Shown here piece by piece: positions 20,193 to 30,297 of a stretch of 64,000 nt of DNA. Location of the stretch: the IMG/VR virus record IMGVR_UViG_3300044701_002789, positions 1-64,000 of that record; one strand, 5' to 3'. The notes under the pieces were generated by a model, which saw only the letters and a list, made by a program, of their open reading frames with translations, did no database searches and was not told the origin of the DNA. Positions within the stretch are counted from its first letter, which is position 1; each line of letters begins with the position of its first letter. The position numbers were made by a program, and so were the translations under genes.

Positions 20193-21065
20193 CTACCCAA
20201 AATTTATTCCAGTTAAAGTACTCTGTTGAAAATTTTGTGCAACATTTGTCGCATTAAAATTAGCATTGGTAAATGTTCCTGGCGAATAATTTCCAAGATT
20301 TATATTTTGAGAATATATGGTGTTTAGATTAGCTTGCTGAATTGGATTAGATTCAAATGGATTGGTTGGAACTTCTGATGACAATGATTCAACCGGAGCA
20401 TAAGAACCAGAATAAGAATTATTAGAAACTACATATCTATCATAAGAAAAAGACACAGTGACTTTTAATAATTGTGATGTTTCATAAGATACTGGTATTG
20501 AAGATATTGATATTGGAAAAGAATTGAAAAAACTATAAACTATTTTTTCCGACTTACCATTTTTTGGACTGGTTTCTGGTGCTTTTCCCGGTTTTCCAAT
20601 ATTTCTTTCAAATTTGGTTATATAAATTGTAGTTTTATATGTTTCGGGATAAGCAATTCTATATGAATTATTGAGGTTGGGTGCATCTTCTATCTGTTCA
20701 CCAATAATAAATCTCATCCAAGCTTCAAATAATCTTATTTGAGTATATTTCTGATCCACGTAAAAACTAAAATCGGATTGATTATCATATAATCTCCGAT
20801 ATGCATGTCGTTGTGTTACACCAGTAAAATCGTTATTTAATTCATGTGTAGTTAAAGAAGATCCTGGTAAAACCGCATCTGAGCAAGAAATAATTAGATT
20901 TTTAGTAATCTCAGATTTATTCCCCAACTTATTGAAATTAAGAATTCTTTCCACTCCAGATGGATACGGAAAATAACATTCATAATGAGATGTTAATGCT
21001 GGTTGCATTAAAAATCTTTTAATATCACTTACTGATCTTACTTCTGGATTGGGTGATATAGACAT
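20193..21065 (-). CDS. tail tube-fold protein (gp19/gp54-like)
   Basis: CSDAVLPG..FPISISSIPVSY..VTVSFSY. Confidence 0.7.
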   Translation of the reverse strand: MSISPNPEVRSVSDIKRFLMQPALTSHYECYFPYPSGVERILNFNKLGNKSEITKNLIISCSDAVLPGSSLTTHELNNDFTGVTQRHAYRRLYDNQSDFSFYVDQKYTQIRLFEAWMRFIIGEQIEDAPNLNNSYRIAYPETYKTTIYITKFERNIGKPGKAPETSPKNGKSEKIVYSFFNSFPISISSIPVSYETSQLLKVTVSFSYDRYVVSNNSYSGSYAPVESLSSEVPTNPFESNPIQQANLNTIYSQNINLGNYSPGTFTNANFNATNVAQNFQQSTLTGINFG

Positions 21066-21066
21066 C

Positions 21067-21074
21067 TATAAATA
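21067..21074 (+). promoter_or_regulatory. T4-type late promoter TATAAATA
   Basis: exact consensus upstream of the gp4-like gene. Confidence 0.7.
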
Positions 21075-21096
21075 CATAGACTATTATTATGTATTT

Positions 21097-21561
21097 ATGG
21101 GTAAAGACGGTAAATATGTTCAAGGAAGATTCAATCCACAACACCCAGAAAAATATAAAGGTGATGTAAACAATATAATTTACAGAAGTTCTTGGGAACT
21201 TGAATTCATGAGATATTGTGATAGAAGAGAAAATATCCTTGAATGGGGTTCTGAAGAATTTTTTATTCCTTATCTGGATCCTACAACTAATAAAGTTCGT
21301 AGATACTTTCCGGACTTTATTGTTAAGATAAGGGAAAATACTGGAATCGTGAAAACTTATGTGGTTGAAGTGAAACCGAAAAAACAAACAAAACCACCTG
21401 TTCCGGGAAAAAAGAAAACAAAAACTTTAATTAATGAAAGTATAACATACGAAAAAAACCTTGCAAAATGGAAGGCGGCAAAGGAATGGTGTGATGATAG
21501 AAAACTAAATTTTAAGATAATTACTGAAGATGACTTGGGTATAAAATATCGTGATAAATAA
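21097..21561 (+). CDS. head completion nuclease (T4 gp4, TnsA-like)
   Basis: YRSSWELEFM..YFPDF..VEVKP..NLAKWKAA. Confidence 0.92.
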   Translation: MGKDGKYVQGRFNPQHPEKYKGDVNNIIYRSSWELEFMRYCDRRENILEWGSEEFFIPYLDPTTNKVRRYFPDFIVKIRENTGIVKTYVVEVKPKKQTKPPVPGKKKTKTLINESITYEKNLAKWKAAKEWCDDRKLNFKIITEDDLGIKYRDK

Positions 21562-21590
21562 AGAATAAAGAAGTTCTTATTTCTAAATTA

Positions 21591-23027
21591 ATGACAGATG
21601 TATTTTCCCCTAGCGCCAATGATATTGCAGTCTATACGACAGATAAATTTGGACTGTTAAAGGATGGTACGGGAAATTCATATAGAACTGTCGTAAAAGC
21701 AAATATAAATGGTAGTATAGATGTCTATTCTAAAGGAACCGGACTTTTTGGTGCTGATGAATTATTATTTCAATATAGTCCCGTATCAAATAAACCCGAT
21801 TTTAGTAAGGGAAAATTTAGAGAAGGTCCGCAAACTGCCTTAAATTCTTTTTTCAATTCTCCAAATTCTAATGGTCAGCAATTTTTAAAAGATGCAAAAA
21901 CCAAATGGTATCAGGAAGTAAATCCAAATGCTGCCAAAAGACTGGCAACTTTACCGGGATACCGATCTATTGCAAGTACAACACAACCAAGAAACAAACC
22001 AAATGTAGACCCAAATGCCGCAGAAGCAATTGAACAAGCAACAGGAACCGAACAAACCCCCATTGAAGGTGAAGATACATCTCAAGACATACAACAATCA
22101 TATAATGAAAATTTTAACAATTTAAATAATGTGACAATAGAAGGTGGAAAAATACGAGGCGTAAAAGAATATCCAAGTAACAATAATCTTCGTTATCCTA
22201 TAGATTTAAATTTAAAAATTCAGGATTGTATTCAATTCACAATGGTTGAATATAGACCAAGAAAATTAAGCGCCAATGCAATTTCCGAAGGAAAAATATT
22301 AACAGAAAGATCAGTTGCAAGTGCAAAAGAAATAGGAAGTACAGTAACTTTACCAATTCAACCATCTATAACAGATTCAAATATAGTGAATTGGGGATCC
22401 GAAACAATGAATGCATTTCAGGGAATCGCTGCTGCAGCAGCCATGAGCACTATTTTGGGTGATGGGGGAACCGTAGCAGAACAACTATCTGCAGCCAAAA
22501 GTTTAATAACAAATGAAAAAGAAAACTTAAAAAATGCAATAGCTGCTTATTTTGCCGGAGAAGCTGCCAGCACCAAAGGATTATTAACAAGAACAACTGG
22601 TGGAATAATTAACCCAAATATGGAACTACTTTTTAATGGTCCAGAATTGAGAACTTTTAGTTTCAATTTCACTATGTCCGCAAGAAATTCTACTGAATCT
22701 AAAACAATAAAAAATATTATAAGATTCTTTAAACAAGGAATGTCGGTAAAAAGAGCATCCTCAGATTTATTTTTAAAAACTCCCCATACATTTGCTATAA
22801 AATATATTATGGGAGGTAACAAAGAACATCCTTGGATCAATAAAATAAAAGAGTGTGCTCTTGTAAATTGCACAGTAAATTACACGCCATCGGGATCATA
22901 TGCAACATATAATGATGGTGCAATGACTTCCTATGAGTTATCATTAAGTTTTAATGAACTTGAACCAATTTATGATGATGATTATCAAAATGCATCAAAA
23001 TCTTTTGAATCAGAAATAGGTTACTAA
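21591..23027 (+). CDS. baseplate tail tube cap (T4 gp48)
   Basis: LRYP..NPNMELLFNGPELRTFSFNF..LSFNELEP. Confidence 0.88.
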   Translation: MTDVFSPSANDIAVYTTDKFGLLKDGTGNSYRTVVKANINGSIDVYSKGTGLFGADELLFQYSPVSNKPDFSKGKFREGPQTALNSFFNSPNSNGQQFLKDAKTKWYQEVNPNAAKRLATLPGYRSIASTTQPRNKPNVDPNAAEAIEQATGTEQTPIEGEDTSQDIQQSYNENFNNLNNVTIEGGKIRGVKEYPSNNNLRYPIDLNLKIQDCIQFTMVEYRPRKLSANAISEGKILTERSVASAKEIGSTVTLPIQPSITDSNIVNWGSETMNAFQGIAAAAAMSTILGDGGTVAEQLSAAKSLITNEKENLKNAIAAYFAGEAASTKGLLTRTTGGIINPNMELLFNGPELRTFSFNFTMSARNSTESKTIKNIIRFFKQGMSVKRASSDLFLKTPHTFAIKYIMGGNKEHPWINKIKECALVNCTVNYTPSGSYATYNDGAMTSYELSLSFNELEPIYDDDYQNASKSFESEIGY

Positions 23028-23028
23028 A

Positions 23029-23694
23029 ATGGCATCATACTTCAGACAACTTCCAAACTTTGAATATGTCTCCAGAAATGATGGGGAACAATACTTATCA
23101 GATTATGTTCCGGTAAAAAATCTCTTCAAAAGAGGTAAAATAAGAGAATACATTTTTGCAAATTTACAATTTTTTGAGAAGTATCAAATCATTGGTGATG
23201 AGAGACCTGATAATGTTGCATATAAAGTTTATGATGATGAATCATTAGATTGGGTGATTCTTCTTTCTAATAATATTTTAAATATTCAGTCTGAATGGCC
23301 AATGTCTCAACGAACATTTGATCAAGTCATGTTGGAAAAATATGATGATTATGAGACTCTTTATAGTAGTATTCATCATTATGAGTCTTTAGAAGTAATA
23401 AATTCATCTGGTCTTGTTATCTTCCCATCGGGCGTAGAAGTGAATGAAGATTTTTTCGTTGAATACAATGATGATGGAACAATCGTATACGCAAGAGATA
23501 TCACAGTACCAGTTACAAACTATGAATATGAAGTTAGACTAGAAGAAAAGAAAAGAAATATTTACATACTTAAACCACAATATCTTAATATTATTTTTAA
23601 TGATATGGAAGATATTATGCAGTACAAAAAAGGGTCTCAACAATACATTAGCGAGACCCTTAAGAGAGGAGATAATATTAGACTTTATACTTAA
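23029..23694 (+). CDS. baseplate wedge subunit (T4 gp53)
   Basis: YFRQLPNFEY..ERPDNVA..DWVILLSN..EWP. Confidence 0.9.
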   Translation: MASYFRQLPNFEYVSRNDGEQYLSDYVPVKNLFKRGKIREYIFANLQFFEKYQIIGDERPDNVAYKVYDDESLDWVILLSNNILNIQSEWPMSQRTFDQVMLEKYDDYETLYSSIHHYESLEVINSSGLVIFPSGVEVNEDFFVEYNDDGTIVYARDITVPVTNYEYEVRLEEKKRNIYILKPQYLNIIFNDMEDIMQYKKGSQQYISETLKRGDNIRLYT

Positions 23695-24629
23695 CTTTCT
23701 GCAAGTTTTTTGAAGTAGGAAAGAGTATCTTCAGAGTCATCTTCATCTTCAGTTGGAACATTTACAGTCTTACTATTACGGTAAGATTGTTCCAGTTCTT
23801 CCATCAAATTATCAGTGGTACTGCTTTGAGTGACATAAGAATCATATTCTTCTTCTTGGTCTGCAGTAGATGACTTAGGAGCGACTTTACCAGTTCCGAG
23901 AACAAAGTTTAGACGCTTTTCCAGATCCTCATAAGTCTTGAATTGGTCGGGAGCAACAATTGAAGCAAGAGAATACTCTTTCTTCCAGATTGCTTCCATC
24001 GCATCATCATCTTCTAGAAGTGGTTCTGAAGAATCAAACTCAGACTTATCATAATTCCAGTAACCTTCAACTTTACGGATCTTGAGGCGGAAATTCGCAC
24101 CTTTCCAAAAGTCAAATGGATTGATTGGTTCTTCGTCTTCAAACTCCGGTTGCATGGAATTCAGAATCTTATCAAAGATCTTTTTACCATACTTGAAGAG
24201 AAATACTTTCCCCTCATTCTCTTGGTTTGCGGGGTCCTTGATTACATAAATGTTTGAGTAATAGGACAGTTTGCGCTTCCTTTGACGTGCAATTTCTTTG
24301 TCGCGATCATTTCCAGAGTTCCACAGTTCGGAATTGGATGCACATACTGGGCATTTTTGTCCGAGTGTAGTTAGGCAGTTGTCAATTAACCAACCACCAT
24401 TTCCTTGGAAAGCGTGATTATACATTTTTACCCAAGGAAGGTCTTCACCATCAGGTGCTGGTAAGAAGCGAATAATAGCAGAACCTACATCACCTTTACC
24501 CATTGTGGGTTTCCAGAGACGATCATCGGCGCCGCCTTGAGCACCAGTATTCATTTTTTCTACTTCTTTCACCAACTTTTCGGTGAGAGAACCAAGAGAG
24601 GATTGTTTTTTTAAGGATTGAAATGACAT
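23691..24629 (-). CDS. single-stranded DNA-binding protein (T4 gp32)
   Basis: DDRLWKP..IRFLPA..CLTTLGQKCPVC..YGKKIFDKI; acidic tail. Confidence 0.96.
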   Translation of the reverse strand: MSFQSLKKQSSLGSLTEKLVKEVEKMNTGAQGGADDRLWKPTMGKGDVGSAIIRFLPAPDGEDLPWVKMYNHAFQGNGGWLIDNCLTTLGQKCPVCASNSELWNSGNDRDKEIARQRKRKLSYYSNIYVIKDPANQENEGKVFLFKYGKKIFDKILNSMQPEFEDEEPINPFDFWKGANFRLKIRKVEGYWNYDKSEFDSSEPLLEDDDAMEAIWKKEYSLASIVAPDQFKTYEDLEKRLNFVLGTGKVAPKSSTADQEEEYDSYVTQSSTTDNLMEELEQSYRNSKTVNVPTEDEDDSEDTLSYFKKLAES

Positions 24630-24698
24630 GTTTAATTAGATTAGATAGATTTGGCCTTTGTGATTTAGCTTAAGGGATCATCCAGCCCAGTATTAAGT

Positions 24699-25043
24699 TT
24701 ATCCTACATCTTCAGGGTTGTCAAGTTGTCTTTTCATCAGGTCAATTAATTTGGACATGCTGTTGAAAACTACATTCATATCAACATCAGGATTCATTCC
24801 CATCATTTGAGCAGATTCAATGATTTTTTGTTTCATTTGAATTGCCTCAGGATCATCAGATAAACTTAATCTAGTATAAAGAACTTGTTGTTTATTTAAT
24901 AATTTTTCTAAAGTATCTATATGTGATCTTTTTTGCTCATTATCCATGAAGGCAAAATTAAAAACATTTTTATAAACTTCTTCTTGAAGAATAGATATTT
25001 GTTCCATTTCAGAACGAACAATATCGGAAGTAAAAAAACTCAT
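24699..25043 (-). CDS. conserved cyanophage protein (DUF1825-like)
   Basis: YTRLSLSDDPEA motif. Confidence 0.75.
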   Translation of the reverse strand: MSFFTSDIVRSEMEQISILQEEVYKNVFNFAFMDNEQKRSHIDTLEKLLNKQQVLYTRLSLSDDPEAIQMKQKIIESAQMMGMNPDVDMNVVFNSMSKLIDLMKRQLDNPEDVG

Positions 25044-25627
25044 AGCACACACTCCTTTAAAAGCGTTTTAAATTTATTATTATCTATTTGAAGAAATGGA
25101 GTGTATTTTTCAATCTTCATTGAAACGGATTCCCAAACAGGATCTTTTAATTTATCATCAAAATTATTTTTGTATTTGAGAATATTGTTTAATACTATCA
25201 TAGTTTCTAATGATAGTTTATTTTGTAAAAATTGCTTCAAGATTTTGGGATGTTTATTACCTTCTATCTCAAACATTTCATCAAAATTATCGGGATTTAA
25301 AATACTAACTTCATTTTTAAAGATGTAAGTGAGAGATTGCGTTTTGCGAATCCATTGTTTATATGTTTGATCTCCCTCTTTTATTATTTCACCAATCCAG
25401 AGTGATTGAGGATCATCACAAGAAACAAAATTAGAAACAAAAAAGTTTACAATTTCTTCATCACTTTTCTGCCTAGACATTTTTTCAAAATAAAATCTAT
25501 CGTTACGCTTATAAAAAGATTTTAAATTTGCTCTAACTTTTCCTTTATATGTGAAATAATTGTAATTATGTAAAGTAAAATGATTTTTGATGCTCAAAAA
25601 AGTTGTATAGACTTGAAAGGGATTCAC
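25040..25627 (-). CDS. helicase loader (T4 gp59)
   Basis: IKNHFT..YNYFTYKGK..KRNDRFYFEK; position next to gp32. Confidence 0.88.
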   Translation of the reverse strand: MNPFQVYTTFLSIKNHFTLHNYNYFTYKGKVRANLKSFYKRNDRFYFEKMSRQKSDEEIVNFFVSNFVSCDDPQSLWIGEIIKEGDQTYKQWIRKTQSLTYIFKNEVSILNPDNFDEMFEIEGNKHPKILKQFLQNKLSLETMIVLNNILKYKNNFDDKLKDPVWESVSMKIEKYTPFLQIDNNKFKTLLKECVL

Positions 25628-25629
25628 AT

Positions 25630-25920
25630 TTAAAATACTAATTTTGCTTTAGTTGTTTTCTTTAAGAAGTTTAGTTGAATTGCCTCACATTTAATCTTTT
25701 CTTTAAGAGGTTTTGAAATTAACTTAGGTACAGATTCCAAATCAATTTTATTAATCTCACAAAATGCAATGATTGCATCAATATAAGTTATACTTTCTTT
25801 TAGAACAAGGGTCTCAATCTCTTGAGCAAACCTTGCTGGACAATAAAATTTTTCTTCCAGTACTTTTTCTAGTTCTTGGTTTAAGTCGGAATTCATCAAT
25901 TGAATGAGAGTGAGTGGCAC
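25630..25920 (-). CDS. late transcription coactivator (T4 gp33)
   Basis: YIDAI..LISKPLKEKIKCEA. Confidence 0.9.
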   Translation of the reverse strand: MPLTLIQLMNSDLNQELEKVLEEKFYCPARFAQEIETLVLKESITYIDAIIAFCEINKIDLESVPKLISKPLKEKIKCEAIQLNFLKKTTKAKLVF

Positions 25921-25971
25921 AGTTATTGATCCATCATACTTAAGACATCATACATTAGTTCGGAACAAAAG

Positions 25972-26640
25972 TCAAGACAGCAGTTTGAGTTTATCGTCAA
26001 CAAACTTTTTAATATATTTTACGACAAGTTTCATATACTTGTCCAAATCCCGTTCTTCGTAAACTACACAATCACCATTTTCGCAAGTCATTATAATAAC
26101 TAGTTTTTTAATTTGAATACCAGTCATTTCATAAAATGCCATACCATAAAACATAGTTTGTACGAAGTATGACTCAATCCATTCTACGGGTTTTGGTTCT
26201 TTGGATGTTTTATAATCTATGACTGCAAGTTCTCCATCAAATTCGGCAATGGTGTCAACTGATCCAGCGACACCTAAGTGCATACTGAAAAGAGAACCTT
26301 CAATAGTATGAATATTATTTATTCGGTGCAAAGAAGGTTTAATAATAGTAAAGAGATGCTGAGAAATTGGTTGAACTTCAGGCAAATCTTTATTGAACAA
26401 ATAATTTTCAATAAGGGTATGAGTACCAGTACCCCTACTTGTTGCTTTTTTAGTTATTTTATTTGCTTCTTCTTCACCAACTCTTTGACGCCATTTTGCA
26501 AATTTTTCTTTGTTATAATGACTTATAACTGAGGTAATAGAAACTAATTTTTTATTTTCCTCATTGACAGTATAATAACGAACACCATCTATAGTTTCCC
26601 TATTTAAAGTGGGGAGATCCAAATCAACATGAACAAACAT
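25972..26640 (-). CDS. PD-(D/E)XK exonuclease (lambda-exo/Cas4-like)
   Basis: SITSVI..RGTGTH..AGSVD..IDYKTS..Q..Y. Confidence 0.88.
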   Translation of the reverse strand: MFVHVDLDLPTLNRETIDGVRYYTVNEENKKLVSITSVISHYNKEKFAKWRQRVGEEEANKITKKATSRGTGTHTLIENYLFNKDLPEVQPISQHLFTIIKPSLHRINNIHTIEGSLFSMHLGVAGSVDTIAEFDGELAVIDYKTSKEPKPVEWIESYFVQTMFYGMAFYEMTGIQIKKLVIIMTCENGDCVVYEERDLDKYMKLVVKYIKKFVDDKLKLLS

Positions 26641-26643
26641 AGT

Positions 26644-27408
26644 TTATATTTCAATATTTAAAGTGTGCTTTGCAATTAGATATTCTTTAACCAATCCAGA
26701 CCTACATACATCCTCAATACCAAATTCAATAAACTCAAACGATGGCATAATCTGGAGAATCTTGATAAAGTCATGAATTCCATTTCTTTCATTTTGGCGA
26801 ACTAAATCACTTTGAGAGGCGTCGCCACAGAACATAATTTTGCAATTTTCACCTACGCGAGTAATAATAGAATCATTCTCATGACCATTCATATTCTGAA
26901 ATTCATCAACAATTAGAATACAATTATCAAATGTAGTTCCCCTTAAAAAAGAAGAAGACCAAAAACTTATAGTTCCTTGTGTTTTAAGATTTCCATAAAG
27001 CATTTCAAAGTCTTCATCTGATGGAAGTTGAAACATATATTTTACCATATTCTTATATGGTATTTCAAATAATGCACTCTTGTCTTCATGTCCACCCGGA
27101 AGAAAACCTATTTCTCTAGTTTGCACTAAAGAACGAATAATATAAATTTTTTCATAGGGTGATCTTTCATCAAGAACATCTTTTAATGCATTATAGAGAA
27201 CAATAAAAGTTTTACCAGTTCCAGCAGCACCATAGGCAACTATATGTTTACCATCAGAATAGGAATCAAAAAGTTTTGATTGGTTATCTGTCAATGGTTC
27301 AATATTTAAAAGTAATTCCGAATTAATTGGTTTTCTGCGCTTAATTTGCTTCGCAGTCATACCAGTTCCGATTTGAACTTCTTGCGAATTTCTTCTTTTT
27401 CTTGCCAT
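26644..27408 (-). CDS. phoH: PhoH-like ATPase
   Basis: GAAGTGKT, IGFLPG, LRGTTF, DEFQN, TRVG, GDASQSD. Confidence 0.96.
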   Translation of the reverse strand: MARKRRNSQEVQIGTGMTAKQIKRRKPINSELLLNIEPLTDNQSKLFDSYSDGKHIVAYGAAGTGKTFIVLYNALKDVLDERSPYEKIYIIRSLVQTREIGFLPGGHEDKSALFEIPYKNMVKYMFQLPSDEDFEMLYGNLKTQGTISFWSSSFLRGTTFDNCILIVDEFQNMNGHENDSIITRVGENCKIMFCGDASQSDLVRQNERNGIHDFIKILQIMPSFEFIEFGIEDVCRSGLVKEYLIAKHTLNIEI

Positions 27409-27414
27409 AGGTAT

Positions 27415-27663
27415 TTAAATAGTTTTTACGCGAGATCCTGGGGCTTTTGATGCTTTATGAAGTACATCATTCCATCCAGGATTTTTTTTAATAAGTTTAT
27501 CTCTCCACTCGCCAACTTCACCAGAAGCGGGGCAAGTGGATGGATCACTCCAATCTCTTGCCCAATCGGGATTATCTTGTTTCCATTGATCCCATTCATT
27601 TATACTCATAGTTACTTCTTTTTGTTCGCCAGTAACTTTATTGATAATTGGATAAGTCGCCAA
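27415..27663 (-). CDS. conserved cyanophage hypothetical protein
   Basis: ORF in the usual position upstream of phoH; GGAGG RBS. Confidence 0.7.
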   Translation of the reverse strand: MATYPIINKVTGEQKEVTMSINEWDQWKQDNPDWARDWSDPSTCPASGEVGEWRDKLIKKNPGWNDVLHKASKAPGSRVKTI

Positions 27664-27691
27664 TTTAAACCTCCATTCTGTATTGGTATAT

Positions 27692-27850
27692 TTATTCTAA
27701 TGTTATAGAGGGTGCATCATCACATTCTACGCAATTAATACATTCATCCATGTCGGGATTTTCTTTTAAGAATGATTGCAGTTCTTCTTCAGTTAAGAGA
27801 ATTTTAAAAATATGACCAGTAGAATGGTCTTTAATGCACCAACTTTTCAT
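27692..27850 (-). CDS. small hypothetical protein (52 aa, CxxC)
   Basis: hand translation MKSWCIKDHSTGH...CINCVEC. Confidence 0.55.
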   Translation of the reverse strand: MKSWCIKDHSTGHIFKILLTEEELQSFLKENPDMDECINCVECDDAPSITLE

Positions 27851-27855
27851 TGAAC

Positions 27856-28608
27856 TTATGGAGATAACTTAGCTCTATGTAGGCGTTTTTCTTCATAGTA
27901 ATCCCAAACATTAGGTGCCCAACGCTTAAGATGTGGTGCAATTTGTTCTGTCAATGCTTGAATTTCCAATTGAGCGTCTAACTTTGCCCTCAAGTCAATA
28001 AAGTGTAGAGCAGAACGAAGATTGAAAGATACTACAAAGTTCTGACGAATTGCTTGCGGAAGATAATCTCTAATGTGCTCTTCACAAGCACCATTTTCAT
28101 AATATTCAGTATACTCCTCACACTCACTTAGAATTCTTCCAAATTTACGCTGACGATCTTCTTCGGACCATTCATACTTTTTACCATGACGGTTTGTATA
28201 CAACCCTGGAGGACGAACGTAGAAAACATCTTCTATTGGAAGTTCTCTCTTAGCAACCTTAACAACTCTCTTCCCAGTATATCTTTGGGATTGAACATCA
28301 AATGTAATACCGATTCTGTGCGTCCTTGCTTGTGCCATAACACTATGAACATACCCAGACACCGACAAAGTAATTGCTGGGTGTTCTAGGGGTCCCCAGT
28401 GCCCTCTGTCGTTGCTTAGGAGACGCTCTACGATCCACTTACCACACTTAGATGGTTCTGGAATTGTTTGATCGTGAATAGGAATCTCAGAGTAATCGCA
28501 TTTTGCTGCTTGATAAACTACCTGCTCTGGAATTGAATAACATTGTAGCAATACGACTTGAAGATTCTTATCAAGTTCAATGAGATCTTTTGCTCTAATT
28601 GGTTTCAT
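27856..28608 (-). CDS. thyX: flavin-dependent thymidylate synthase
   Basis: GHWGPLEH, QARTHR..FDVQSQRY, NLRS..LR..AQLEI. Confidence 0.93.
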   Translation of the reverse strand: MKPIRAKDLIELDKNLQVVLLQCYSIPEQVVYQAAKCDYSEIPIHDQTIPEPSKCGKWIVERLLSNDRGHWGPLEHPAITLSVSGYVHSVMAQARTHRIGITFDVQSQRYTGKRVVKVAKRELPIEDVFYVRPPGLYTNRHGKKYEWSEEDRQRKFGRILSECEEYTEYYENGACEEHIRDYLPQAIRQNFVVSFNLRSALHFIDLRAKLDAQLEIQALTEQIAPHLKRWAPNVWDYYEEKRLHRAKLSP

Positions 28609-28793
28609 TCATTAATCTCCCAAGTATTTTTTTCAACTTTACGAAGTTTTTTAAGTTCTTTGTACATTTCCTTTATCTGCTGATATGCTTCTTCTGGAGA
28701 AATTTTATCAGCAAGTTCAAGACCAGCAATGAGCGCACACTTATCACCAAATCTAGCGAGTGATCTTTCGTATGGCGTTATGTCTTCATACAT
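28605..28793 (-). CDS. conserved cyanophage/cyanobacterial hypothetical protein
   Basis: LIAGLELADKISPEEAYQQIK. Confidence 0.65.
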   Translation of the reverse strand: MYEDITPYERSLARFGDKCALIAGLELADKISPEEAYQQIKEMYKELKKLRKVEKNTWEINE

Positions 28794-28950
28794 CTTCTTC
28801 TCCCTCCACATAATACTCATCAACGTCATCTTCTATGTATGGAGCAATTTCTTCATACTCCAGTTCTAATGGTTCATTTAATTCTTTTTTTAATCCTTGA
28901 ACCAACAGTTCCATATTACGAACCATTAGTCTAATTCTTTCTTGATCCAT
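28786..28950 (-). CDS. small acidic hypothetical protein
   Basis: hand translation MDQERIRLMVRNMELLV; GAGG RBS. Confidence 0.6.
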   Translation of the reverse strand: MDQERIRLMVRNMELLVQGLKKELNEPLELEYEEIAPYIEDDVDEYYVEGEEDV

Positions 28951-29018
28951 AAATCCTCAAATACTCCACCCATGATACAGGAAAGGGAGAAAGGTGTCAA
29001 CCCCTTCTCCCGATTTAA

Positions 29019-29120
29019 TCAAGCAACTTGAGGTTGCTTTGCCATATTAAGTTGTGCAAGATGAAGAAGTTTTTCTTTTTTGTCCTTCTTCTTGAGGTAG
29101 GTTACGACATACTTATTCAT
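29019..29120 (-). CDS. 33-aa basic peptide translationally coupled to the DUF4278 gene
   Basis: ATGA overlap with the upstream stop. Confidence 0.5.
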   Translation of the reverse strand: MNKYVVTYLKKKDKKEKLLHLAQLNMAKQPQVA

Positions 29121-29272
29121 TTTACTACCTCATTATTGCAAGGTCTGTAAGATACTCCACGATATACATTTTTTGGATGTGCTGGGGAATGCGTTTGATT
29201 ATACCAAGAAATGTATTGTTTCTTGGAATCTTCAGTGTCGTATTGACACCCCCTGTAAGTAACTTTTGACAT
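29117..29272 (-). CDS. DUF4278-like small protein
   Basis: MSKVTYRGCQY..VYRGVSY repeats; GGAGG RBS; below the ORF-track cutoff. Confidence 0.8.
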   Translation of the reverse strand: MSKVTYRGCQYDTEDSKKQYISWYNQTHSPAHPKNVYRGVSYRPCNNEVVK

Positions 29273-29302
29273 TAGGATTTCCTCCAGAATGAGATTTTTA
29301 AG

Positions 29303-29401
29303 TCCCGTTCCTTCGGGCGGCGTTTCCGTTCGTTACCATAATAACGAATGAACGAGTGCGTTCCTCGTCGTCCTACTTGCGTCCGCCTGAGCGGATGAAC
29401 G
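29303..29401 (-). ncRNA. tandem glutamine riboswitch aptamers (glnA/Downstream-peptide class)
   Basis: two CGTTCA-hairpin-CG(C/G)AA...GGAACG units directly 5' of the DUF4278 gene. Confidence 0.75.
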
Positions 29402-29454
29402 TTGGTCTACGATAGACCATCATAGGTATTTAGTCAAGCCCCTTTACAAACTCT

Positions 29455-29781
29455 TTACCTTTGGATGTATGTCAATTTATACTCTATAGGATCAAGTTGA
29501 AGGATGATTATATCACATCCAATTTTAGGATTAGCAGATCCGCAAGTATAAACATCAAACGATGCTTTACCCTCTTCAGGCCAACTATGAACACTTATAT
29601 GACTTTCAGATAATAAACAAAGTGCCGTAACTCCTTGAGGATCAAATTTATGCGATACAGTTTTAAGTATCGTAGCGCCCGATGCAACCGCAGCGTTCTC
29701 TATTAAATCAACAAGAAAAATCTCGTCGTTCAAAAGAACCGACGAGCATCCGTAAAGGTTTAGTAAAAAATGCTTTCCCAT
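29455..29781 (-). CDS. speD: S-adenosylmethionine decarboxylase proenzyme
   Basis: MGKH..F.PQGVT..LSESHISVHSWPE..DVYTCG. Confidence 0.93.
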   Translation of the reverse strand: MGKHFLLNLYGCSSVLLNDEIFLVDLIENAAVASGATILKTVSHKFDPQGVTALCLLSESHISVHSWPEEGKASFDVYTCGSANPKIGCDIIILQLDPIEYKLTYIQR

Positions 29782-29785
29782 TTAA

Positions 29786-29968
29786 TCAAATTGGATCTTC
29801 ATAATATTCTTCTAAAAGTTCCGACACAACTTTTTCCGTTCCGTCAATTTTTTTGACCTGATACAAAGAAGACTTCATGTACTTCTTAATTTTTTTGTAG
29901 TCCTTAAGAATTTGATCTATTCCATCCTTTGCAACGACTACTTTTACTTTACCAAATCCTTCACTCAT
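29786..29968 (-). CDS. hypothetical protein
   Basis: ORF in operon. Confidence 0.6.
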   Translation of the reverse strand: MSEGFGKVKVVVAKDGIDQILKDYKKIKKYMKSSLYQVKKIDGTEKVVSELLEEYYEDPI

Positions 29969-30297
29969 TTTCTTTTCTTTCCTTCAGATTGCTTTTTCAT
30001 TCCCCATACTTTTGGGTTTACCCTACCATATCCCCAAGAAATTTCTTGAATGGATTCTTTTCCAAATTTATCATAATAAAGATCAAAAACTTTAATTTTA
30101 GATCCTCTACAAAGATCCATAAAAATTTCACCATCAACTTTATATGAAACCACATAAGCATCTGAAGGAAGAGTAGGATCTTTAATTTGTTGCAGAGTTG
30201 CTCTTTCAATTAATAATTCGCACCCATATTGAGATGGGATCTCTTTTTTTTCTTCGGGTGTCCATTGTGCCATTTTATTCTCCGCAACTGCTGTCAT
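29965..30297 (-). CDS. conserved cyanophage hypothetical protein
   Basis: FDLYYDKF..GYGRVNPKVWG. Confidence 0.7.
   Translation of the reverse strand: MTAVAENKMAQWTPEEKKEIPSQYGCELLIERATLQQIKDPTLPSDAYVVSYKVDGEIFMDLCRGSKIKVFDLYYDKFGKESIQEISWGYGRVNPKVWGMKKQSEGKKRK

Noticed and set aside
25972-26640. Cas4-like gene as evidence of a CRISPR system
   Set aside because: This is the conserved cyanomyovirus exonuclease next to phoH; no array is visible.
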